DNA of 22,562 bases from Octopus sinensis (lineage: Eukaryota): contig NW_021836797.1 of NCBI RefSeq assembly GCF_006345805.1, positions 1 to 22,562 of the forward strand. Direction: 5' to 3'. Within the stretch, counting starts at the first letter, position 1. Each line of letters starts with the position of its first letter. Of this stretch, positions 1 through 9,189 are shown one piece after another. The position numbers and the translations under genes are program-made. Under the pieces are notes generated by a model. The model ran no database searches. It saw only the letters and a program-made list of their open reading frames with translations, and was not told where the DNA came from.

Positions 1-59
1 AATGGGCTTTCAGTTTCTGTCTACCAAATGCATCCATGAGGCACGTACAATATATATAT

Positions 60-297
60 ATATTCAAAATATGACCGCGTGTGTACCGTTGGCGAATTCT
101 TTTCCTCCGTCTTCCCTTCTTTGGATCTTTCCTTTTCCTATGTTTCTGACGAAGAGCTCCGCTCGAAACGTTAAACCCTCCTTCTTTCCTTCATGCCTGG
201 GCGTCCATTAATACTATACTTGTTCCACGTCCTCGTGTTGTTGTGTCTTCTCTTTGTTTTTTCATGTTTGGATTAACTATATATATATACTGGATAT
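60..297 (+). mobile_element. Penelope-like-element 3' tail with minimal hammerhead ribozyme motif (142-176)
   Basis: GTTT-CTGACGA-A-GAGC(TCC)GCTC-GAAAC-GTT-AAAC, followed by a T-rich tail ending in (TA)n. Element boundaries are approximate. Confidence 0.6.
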
Positions 298-951
298 TAA
301 TAGTTATCACCAAGCTAATGTGGCAGTCCAGAAATATAGGACGGATGCTGCCGTCGATTAGCTCCAAGCGGCCTATGCCTCCAGCTAGCTATGTGACACA
401 CGAACCTGTGTCCATTATGCCCTTCGAACAGGGCAGGTCAGCCGCTTCCCCTATCTGGTCAGGCATCTACAGACTAGTTTCATGGTATTTGCCCCTTATC
501 AATGCAGAGTAGCCGAAATCAGCAGGCGGCGCTACTGACCGTCTGTTCGAAGGATTATTTACCTAAATTCAGTGGAATACATCCACTGGTTTTCAAATAT
601 AGAAATATTAATATTTCTAAGCCTCTCTAAAGGAGACTACGGCAGCGGTACTGGATATATTTGGTTTTCTTTTTTTTTATTTAATGAATTAACTGATAAA
701 ACTTAGTAAAATTCTTCAGAGTTTTATATATAGGGGTTTATTTGTTCATGCATACTACTTCAGAAATATATGCAATGTTCATTCTATTATCACACATCTT
801 AAATGTATATACATACTAATAACAAGAGTAATCCGACAGCCCCAAACCTCCACCAACGCAACACCAACGTCTTTGTTTCATTTATTGAGCACATGGCTCT
901 TATAGAGAGGGAACAGTAATTATGTTTTTTTTTTCTTCACTATTGTTTTAG

Positions 952-1177
952 GAATCGCCTTTAACACTGGAAAAGAATGGAAGGACTTGAAAAAGTTTAC
1001 TATTTCAACACTCCGAGATTTAGGAATGGGTAAGAAAAAGCTAGAAGAGCAGATATATTTGGAAATCCAGACTTTAGCCGATGCTTTTCAATCTCACAAT
1101 GGTAAACCGTTTTCTCTGAAAGATCCGCAGGCACATTTCTCTTTGAGTATTGTGTATTATATAGTATTTGGTGAAAG
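952..1177 (+). CDS. CYP exon 2 (C-helix to E-helix region)
   Basis: Acceptor ttttag|GA, donor AG|gttagt. Translates (G)IAFNTGKEWKDLKKFTISTLRDLGMGKKKLEEQIYLEIQTLADAFQSHNGKPFSLKDPQAHFSLSIVYYIVFGE(R); the TLRDLGMGK segment is typical of CYP2. Its phase-1 start matches the phase-1 donor of the exon-1 copies. Confidence 0.95.
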
Positions 1178-1301
1178 GTTAGTAAAAGTCAACATAATTG
1201 TATGCATTTATTATGGATGTATTGTATATTAGCATGCATGTATACGTGTATATATATATATTATATTATATGATGTTATATCATATATTTCGTAATTAAA
1301 G

Positions 1302-1428
1302 GATCAGATTTGGTGAGCCAGAGTTTCAAGAAATAGCTGATGACTTACGATTTTTCTTCAACAATGTAAGTGCATTTATGCCAGAGAATTTCTTTCCATT
1401 CCTGAGATTTTTCCGATGGAATTCTCCC
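1302..1428 (+). CDS. CYP exon 3 (F-helix region); acceptor at 1301 or 1307
   Basis: Translates (R)IRFGEPEFQEIADDLRFFFNNVSAFMPENFFPFLRFFRWNSP, donor CCC|gtaagt. Two in-phase AG acceptors lie 6 nt apart. Confidence 0.88.
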
Positions 1429-2113
1429 GTAAGTATAAACACTTCCTATTCAAATTTGAATATCATTAAATCAGGTGCTGAACCGAGAAAATATAGCTTC
1501 GATAAACTCAAAATTCCATTATACCCTTATTATGAGGACTCAATGAGTCAGAGGAAAATTGCCAGAACAATATAGTACCAGAATTTGCCTTTCATATCAT
1601 AAAATTATTTCGTACTTAGATGCCTTCGATGCTGATAATTTTCTCAGTTATGTTGATTTACCTTTACATATTTACACCTCACCTGCAAGCTAAGTTTCCT
1701 CTATGCCTGATAAAATATCACTAATTCTCCTTGAATTTGGGCCTACGATGAAGACAATAGTAACGTTTGCCAGTAATAAATACCCACATATATAATTATA
1801 TAATTCATAAGAATTTATACTTACACAAAACAATTTGTTTAGGAAAATATTTTAATTATAAAGACAGTTATGCATGTAAATAATATTCTCTTTTAGAAAT
1901 GTGGCTAAAGAAAAACGTGGATACAATTTGTGTTAATTAATGAGTATAGCTGATTGATTTGGCTTAGTATAACAATTACGTTTATTTTATTGTCTACAAA
2001 ATGAGGAAATTCCTTTACAACGGAGAACGTTGATGACTGTAGATGAAAGCAAAATACTATAAAACTTTAAATTGGACACATAGGCCACCGATGCTAATTT
2101 TTTTTCACTATAG

Positions 2114-2274
2114 CTAGAACAAATTATCAAGAACAACAACAAGATCCGAAGTTATATAAAAGAGAAAATCAGGGAACATAAGGAAACATTTAATGTCGGC
2201 GACATAAGAGATTTCGTTGACGTCTACTTACTTACACTAGAGAGGGAACCAAACAGTGAATCTATCTTTATCTG
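2114..2274 (+). CDS. CYP exon 4 (G/H-helix region)
   Basis: Acceptor ctatag|CTA, donor TG|gtgagt. Translates LEQIIKNNNKIRSYIKEKIREHKETFNVGDIRDFVDVYLLTLEREPNSESIFI; IRDFVDVYL matches the CYP2 H-helix motif. It ends in phase 2, whereas exon 5 needs phase 1. Confidence 0.92.
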
Positions 2275-2849
2275 GTGAGTTACAAGAACTGTTATGCTTC
2301 TTTTTCTTCTATATTTATTTTGGTAATTTTGACTTTAAGAGTCCCTCCCTGCGTGTGGCATTTATGTATAATAATGCCCTCTATATAATATAAATAAATA
2401 TATTTAAGTGAAAAATTGGTAGATCATTTTCTCTTATGAGGTTTTTCACGCTAAACTACTTGATAAATTCTTATAAAGATTTTATCCTAATTTTAAATTT
2501 TAAATTTAACCGGAGTATACTCAGTACTGAATTTTATTCCGAATAAGCACGTTGTTACTGAAATGCAATTCGAAAAACCCGCCATTTACATAGATGTATA
2601 AAATGTGTGCATTTCTATATGCTACGTTGGATACATTGGTTGTTCGCCTGGTATGTTGATTTTGTTCATTCGTTATAAATCTTGAATTATGCATGCACTG
2701 AGGGGTAAAAAGTGCATTACTAATTATGAAATCACGGTGGTATGCAGCTAAATTCTGTTTTTAAATGACTTGCTTCGAGAGTTGCATTCGGTACGATGTG
2801 TTTATTTATTTTGCTAGTTTTGACTTTAAGAGTCTCTCCTAGCGTGTGG

Positions 2850-2915
2850 CATATATATATATATATATATATAAATATATATATATATGTATGTATATAT
2901 ATATATAAAGTAAAT
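2850..2915. repeat. (TA)n microsatellite
   Basis: Direct reading. Confidence 0.9.
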
Positions 2916-2969
2916 ATGTACTTACATATAAGACCAAAAAGGGTGCGGGCTCGCTATATATATATGTAT

Positions 2970-3593
2970 ATGTAAAAAAATACAAACTGGGACAAGAACG
3001 CAAAACATTTAGAAGACGATACAAAAAACATGGACGGGACATTCGAAGCCTTCAATCTTCAGTCAAGAACCGGATCATCCTCGCAATTTCTCTTCATCCT
3101 CACACGTGACTAACTGACCTTTTCGTTGTCAGCAGCCGTCCAGGCTAGACACATTTTTTTCTCTCTCTGCCCAAGGCATTTAACTAAAGCGCCAGCTCAA
3201 GTTCACACGTCCTGTCGAAAAGACGCCTGTCTGTGACGTCCTATTTTTGTTGTTATTATTTATTATTATCATTATTGTTTTTACGTATTTTCGTATTCTT
3301 ATTCGTGTTATCATTATTGTTTTTACGTATTTTTGTATTCTTAGTCGTGTAACATCGTCCGTTTTCCCGTCCTTGTTTGTATACATTCGAGGCTTTCTTC
3401 CAAGGAATCTAATGCGCTTGGCTTAGATTTTCCTTTGGGGCTGGCCAGGTCTGAGCAATCTCAAGATTAATCAGCCGAAATTGCGAGAATGATCCAGTTC
3501 TTGACTGAAGATTGAAGGCTTCGAATGTCCAGTCCGTATTTTTTGTATCGTCTTCTAAATGTTTTGCGTTCTTGTCCCAGTTTGTATTTTTTT

Positions 3594-3597
<4 letters not shown>
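2970..3597. repeat. Inverted repeat with 121-bp arms (2970-3090 and 3477-3597) and 386-bp spacer; arms end in microsatellites
   Basis: The arms are reverse complements with 5 mismatches by manual comparison. Confidence 0.92.
3267..3350 (+). repeat. 42-bp tandem duplication (2 copies)
   Basis: tatcattattgtttttacgtattttcgtattcttattcgtgt at 3267 and 3309, with 2 mismatches. Confidence 0.85.

Positions 3598-3644
<47 letters not shown>
3596..3644. repeat. (CA)n(TA)n microsatellite
   Basis: Direct reading. Confidence 0.9.
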
Positions 3645-4400
3645 ATTAGTGAATGGAAGAAATGGAGTTGAACGAAGATTGTACAGAATTCCTTTTATTA
3701 CATTCTACACATGTTTCAAAGGCCACAATTTTCCAAATTCTGATTAAATAAGGATACCATATTGCAGCTTTCTCTTCAGGAAAAACCAGGAATTACGTCG
3801 TCAGAACAAAACAAAACAAAGGCGCAGCAAAGCAATTCGAACGAGGACGCTCCTTAAGAGCCCATGGGTAAAATGTTTATCAATGTACGTTGAAATCGGG
3901 GGATTGGTGGGGGCCGACGAAAGGTCCGTTGGAATAAATCCAGGTCAGGCCGCGGTCAAATCTAGTAGGTGAGGAATTAATGAGAACAAGGGGTGTGGAG
4001 ATGTTCTGTGTGACCAAAGTTAATGTTCTGAATATTTTAAGAATTCAGGTTGTATTTTTTAGGGGCGAGACAATACCTACCTAAAAGCATGTGTGTGTAT
4101 ACTAGCCTATGTGTGCGCCGCCGTATGTTGGCGAGGGGCCCTAGATAATGAGCACTGCTGAAAAAAGCCTGTCAGGCGGCTGAAATAATTCTGTGTTCGT
4201 GTGTCCGTCTGTGGCCTGCTTGTCTAAAATTATCCTCGTCAAAGAATCAGGAGGGTATATAATTCCAGCGCTTGCTTCTAAAAAAACCGACCAATCGCCT
4301 AAGGGGAGTAATTTCCCCTTGCAAGAGTTATTCAGAGATTTTTAAAAAGTTTTTTGTACAATCTTCGTTCAACTCCATTTCTTCCATTCACTAATTATAT
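3640..4400. repeat. Inverted repeat with perfect 46-bp arms (3640-3685 and 4355-4400); left arm continues as a minus-strand Penelope-type tail with hammerhead motif (3703-3782)
   Basis: atataattagtgaatggaagaaatggagttgaacgaagattgtaca and its exact reverse complement. Confidence 0.9.
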
Positions 4401-4548
4401 TAAACTTCAATTATCCGCACCAACGCACGGTTGCAACACCATATGGTCATATCTCCAACCGTGTTTTTTCTGCTGTGATTTTTGCTACCCAGGTATCGGT
4501 TAAACTTTTGAATAATCCGTAACAAGATAATTCATCTTTCCATTTCAA

Positions 4549-4549
4549 C

Positions 4550-4611
<62 letters not shown>
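4549..4611. repeat. (TA)n(TG)n microsatellite
   Basis: Direct reading. Confidence 0.9.
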
Positions 4612-4613
<2 letters not shown>

Positions 4614-4646
4614 ATTGTCCTCATCTGTAGAATTTATAAATAAATA

Positions 4647-5494
4647 TACTCGGTGATATCAGAAAGTTCCTGGACTAGTACTGTAGCATACCAATAGCTG
4701 GTAGCACACGATTGCATGCATCATGACAGCAGTGGCCTTCACGAGGTTGTATGCCGAAAGACTTCGCAGTGTTCACTTTGCGAGTGGAGAAATTTGTGTT
4801 TTTGTGAGCCCGTATATGATGTAGTCTGCACATTTGTCATGGATAGGAGGTGGAACAATAAGCCAGCGTGATTTTTTTGCATTAAACTTGGGAAGTCTAC
4901 TACAGAGACATTCAGAATGCTTCAGCAAGTTTATGGCAATGAAGTAATGGGTCGTACGCACTGCTTTGAGTGGCAAGGGCGCTTCAAAAGTGGAAGACGA
5001 TGAGAGCGTCACCCCTGGAATTATGGTATAGTGCTTTGAGAATTCCTCACCCAGGGACAGACAATTAATTGAGAGTTTTACTGTGATGTTTTGAAGCGTT
5101 TAAGAGAAGACATTCGGCTAAAGCAACCGAGCACAAAGTATTGAATTCATCGCGATGACACCGCACCCTGTTGCCGGAATCTCCTCTTGCGTAGATTTCT
5201 CGCCAAACTCACGAGATTCAGAACCGGCGGACTTCCATCTCTTTCCCAAGATGAAAATACACCTCAAAGGTCACCGTTTTAACACTTGTCGAGATCGAGA
5301 CGAATCACAGAAGGTCCTCGACTCGCTAACAAAAAACGACTTTGAAGACGGATTCCAAACGTAACAGTAACGCTGGGACTGGTACCTTGCTGCACTAGGT
5401 GACTATTTTGAAGGTGATGATATTGAAACTTAGGTAAATGAATGATACTTTATTAAATATAACTACTCTGCAAACATTTTGGTGCCGCCTCGTA
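4647..5494 (+). mobile_element. Mariner-family transposon relic, internally deleted
   Basis: Broken frames give FCIKLGKSTTETFRMLQQVYGNEVMGRTHCFEW (mariner HTH), QGQTIN*EFYCDVLKRLRE and DFHLFPKMKIHLKGHRF. TA at both ends; TIRs degenerate (about 18 of 31 matching by eye). Confidence 0.85.
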
Positions 5495-5505
5495 TATACA
5501 AAAAC

Positions 5506-5734
5506 GCATACATACATACATACATACATACATACACACATACATACACACATACATACATACATACATACATCATACATACATACATACATACATACAT
5601 ACACACAAACACACACACAAACACATACATACATACATGCATACATACACACAAACATACATACATACACACACATACATACATACATACATACATACAT
5701 ACATACATACATACATACACACACACATACATAC
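5506..5734. repeat. (TACA)n/(CA)n compound microsatellite, left part
   Basis: Direct reading; continues at 6687-6805. Confidence 0.95.
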
Positions 5735-6686
5735 TGTTAGGTCGTCGGGTGCTCAACTCGACTCAGGACCCTAAGTCAGCGACGACGACTACGCTCAGTC
5801 AAACGGAAATCCACCACAGAAAGCGGAGTTAGACAGCGAACGCAAACCAGTAACCGGAGACGACAACACCAAAAGTGAGAGACAGCGGAAGGCAGTTGCT
5901 TACATTTAACATCAATTTATATAATTTTACATCAATTAAACGTAATACATTTCAAATACATTTAAAAACAAAAGCATTTAACAATTCACAGCTTTACAAA
6001 TCAAACAAACGTAATACACAAATCGACATTTCAAAAACAATCAACTGGTTGACATGCAACACAATACAGAATCAAACAAAGTCTTTCTCTTTTCTTTTCT
6101 CCTCCTTCTCTTCTTACGCAGTGAGTTCGTTCTCAATTTTCTTTAAACATTTACAAGTTCTTTTATTTTTTCTTAAACAGATTACACGTTCTTTTTACAG
6201 AGTCACTTTTTCAAACATTATAATTCAACATTAAAGTCCAAACACAAATCGAAACATAAACAACAATAGTGAATGTTTCTGAACCCGCTATAGTAGTCCA
6301 GCTTCTTTGCTGTCATCCTCTTCTCTACCTCTCGCCTGCCAATTTCTCATTATTCTCTGCCTGTCTTCCTCGCCTCGCCGTTGCCTCTCGCCATCACCAC
6401 CTTCTTGGCTGATCGTCCGTATCGCTGTCTGTCTCTTGCCAACTGAACCCTTCTCTGGCCCTTCGCTGTCTGATCTCCCTAACACCAGTTCGTAGCATTT
6501 TAAAGGGTGGCATTCCAATTTTTTCAGCTTTACCTGACCGTGTAAGGGTCAGAGGTACTTCATATACTCATTAATCTTAACCTTGCCGTTGACAAGACAA
6601 AAAACCATTATTTTTTCCCCTGCCCGTTAGACTCCAACCAACGGAACTAGGGCATAGCGTTTTCCCGCTTATTCACCTCCGTAACA
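5735..6686. mobile_element. Probable solo LTR (952 bp) inserted in a (TACA)n microsatellite
   Basis: Termini TGTTA...TAACA, with ATAC on both sides (5731-5734 and 6687-6690). Complex sequence splits one (TACA)n tract in two. No coding homology recognised. Confidence 0.6.
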
Positions 6687-6805
6687 ATACATACATACAT
6701 ACACACAAACACACACACATACATACATACATACATACATACATACATACATACATACATACATACATACATACATACATACATACGTACGTACATACAT
6801 ATACA
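6687..6805. repeat. (TACA)n microsatellite, right part
   Basis: Direct reading; ends about 65 nt upstream of the exon 5 acceptor. Confidence 0.95.
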
Positions 6806-6871
6806 TTTTATTGTTTCGGTTTACATAGTTATCAAGTTTTTTATCGTTAAATATTTTTCCTACTGTTGCAG

Positions 6872-7008
6872 AAGCGAATATTTTCCAGGCGATTATGGAT
6901 CTTTTTACGGCCGGATCGGACACAACATCTACCGTTCTTATCTGGGTTTTTATATATATGGCCAAATATCCTGATATACAGGACAAATGTCGAGCAGAAA
7001 TCGAGAAG
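6872..7008 (+). CDS. CYP exon 5 (I-helix and J-helix)
   Basis: Acceptor ttgcag|AA, donor AAG|gtaaaa. Translates (E)ANIFQAIMDLFTAGSDTTSTVLIWVFIYMAKYPDIQDKCRAEIEK, containing the AGxDTT oxygen-binding motif. Confidence 0.95.
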
Positions 7009-7467
7009 GTAAAATATCAGATTCTTTCATTTATATGTCTAATTTATTTTAATTTTTATTAAAATATATTTCATTGCGTGCATATAAAATTGCGTAGTAA
7101 GTATCTTAACACTTATGTTGTTTTGTGACTGTAGTACTGGTTCTGAAGTAGCACTGTACTAATGGTTCTGAATTTTAGGCCTAACAAAGATCATTAATAA
7201 GGATTAACACCAAAAAATCCAACTTCTGATTATTTAATCAATTATCGATATCTCACTGACACTGCGGAGTTACTGAAGTAGATCCTCATTTTAAATTTTT
7301 ATCAATAATTTACAAAAGTGAGAAGTTGACACAAAGTCCGAGAGTTCTTCTGCGTTGGCACTTACCAAGGGCAAACTCACGAAATATACTCGATCTGCGG
7401 TTGACACCACGTCGTCCAAACCATGCCAGCACTCTACTCAACACTTCAACACACTAGTCCAAAATAT

Positions 7468-7511
7468 TACATACATACATACATGCATACATACACACGC
7501 TCACACAAAAA

Positions 7512-7593
<82 letters not shown>
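7468..7593. repeat. (TACA)n(CA)n(TA)n compound microsatellite
   Basis: Direct reading. Confidence 0.9.
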
Positions 7594-7595
<2 letters not shown>

Positions 7596-7811
7596 TTAGC
7601 AGAAGTAACAGTTTGACTCCAGGTTTCAGAGCTTCGTGAGTTTACCCTTGACGTATGCGAACGCACGATACTCAACCTAAACCTTCAATACTGTATGTGT
7701 GTGTGTATGTGTGTGCGTATGACGCACCCTGTTAACTCTGCAAAATATTAGTAAAATGCTAAATATTGATGAAAAGTACGCATATTTTTTCTGTTTGCAC
7801 CAACATAACTA

Positions 7812-7945
7812 TATATATATACATACATACATATATACATACACACATATATATGTATATATATATATGTGTGTGTGTGTGTATACATATGCATATACAT
7901 AGATATGTATGTATATACATAAATACACACACACACATGTATATA
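7812..7945. repeat. Degenerate (TA/CA/TG)n microsatellite
   Basis: Direct reading. Confidence 0.85.
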
Positions 7946-8385
7946 TGCAAACAAAATTACACACATTTCCATCCATAAGTCGTTGCGTCTGATTCAAAGA
8001 TAAATATGCTAAACGCTGTCGTATTTCGCCGGATGAGAACAATTCATTTCATAAATAAGACCCAGTTTTCTTGACGAGATCATCGATTTAGAGCTGGCTT
8101 TGAGAGAAGAGACACAACCAGGCAGAAACCTTGCAGGGTCTCAATTTCCCATTTCCATCATGAATAGAGCACATTGTGGACACACATACCTTTGGAAGGA
8201 TGTGTTCTCCGAATCAGAAATGCAACTGTGATTAGCATATTCATGTCCGAATTTACCAGACCGTATTAAGAATGAATGGATTATATACACAAGCAGGCAC
8301 ACGCACACACGCACAAACAAACGCACACACACATATTTAGAGTATCAAAATATAGATATCCATTATAACGAATTGTTAATTCCAG

Positions 8386-8482
8386 ATCACCGATCTGAAT
8401 AGACCAATCACAATGGAAGACAAACAACACATGACATACGTTGCAGCGACTCTACTTGAAGTCCAGAGAATTGCTCCTGTTG
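8386..8482 (+). CDS. CYP exon 6 (K-helix)
   Basis: Acceptor ttccag|ATC, donor G|gtaagc. Translates ITDLNRPITMEDKQHMTYVAATLLEVQRIAPV, containing ExxR (EVQR). Confidence 0.94.
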
Positions 8483-8817
8483 GTAAGCAAGCAGTGACAT
8501 AACTTTTATTGCTAAAGGGAAGCTATTCCACGCGCCATATTTTCTATAATTTGTCCAATAACGAAATGATTTTAGCACAAAAGAGAGAAAAAAAATTAAT
8601 CATCGCACATATGATATCGATATCAAATTATTAGATCCTTTGTCAAGGGAGGGTCAAAGGAAATAAACAGCTAAATCCTCTCAAACGAACTCTCCTTATC
8701 AAGACTAATTCAATAGCTATCTTAGTGTACATAACACCCTTCCCCTGATGAAAGAAAAAAAATGCAAAATCAAAGAAGTATATAGTTTTCTCACCAAGAC
8801 ATATGTATATCACAATA

Positions 8818-9189
8818 CTAGCACTATGACCCGGTAACACCGGGTCATAGTGCTAGTGCATGCATATACAGCTGCGTGCGTGCGCACATACACGCGACTA
8901 CTGTCCAAATCTCCAACCAATCACATACAGCTAACTGGCATTCAATTGGCATATCAAGATTCGGGCATTTTGATTGGGTTTTGGATAGAAAATTCACAAA
9001 AAAGTCACTTCTATTGATTTTTTAATGGCTTTGCGGGGGACTGGGGAATGTAAAGATGTGCACGACCATCCTTGGACGGTTTTGAATGACCATAGACAGT
9101 TCGAGCCCTCTAACTGAAAAATTGTGGATTTGTATAAAGGACTCACACATAGACAGACAGACATTTTGCTGTTTATAAATAGAGAGAGA
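8818..9189 (-). mobile_element. Non-autonomous Helitron (372 bp)
   Basis: On the minus strand: A|TCTCTCTCTATTTATAAA 5' end, a (GTCT)n tract, a subterminal hairpin gacccggtgttaccgggtc and a CTAG|T 3' end. Inserted between A and T with no TSD. Confidence 0.78.

Noticed and set aside
3505-3530. CTGAAGA...GAATGTC hammerhead-like string in the 121-bp inverted repeat
   Set aside because: GAAT instead of GAAA, no convincing stem II and no stem I pairing.
5395-5832. ORFs rich in YIHT/MYVC/CV/HT (also 7454-8042, 13170-13741, 20030-20514, 21680-22056)
   Set aside because: Translations of (TACA)n, (CA)n and (GT)n microsatellites that are open in several frames and on both strands; not genes.
6288-6518. 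76-aa charged ORF on the minus strand
   Set aside because: Low-complexity purine-rich sequence inside the probable solo LTR; no domain recognised.
2273-6874. TGA formed at the exon 4/5 junction as selenocysteine or read-through
   Set aside because: The downstream frame would still be shifted, so recoding the stop would not restore the protein.
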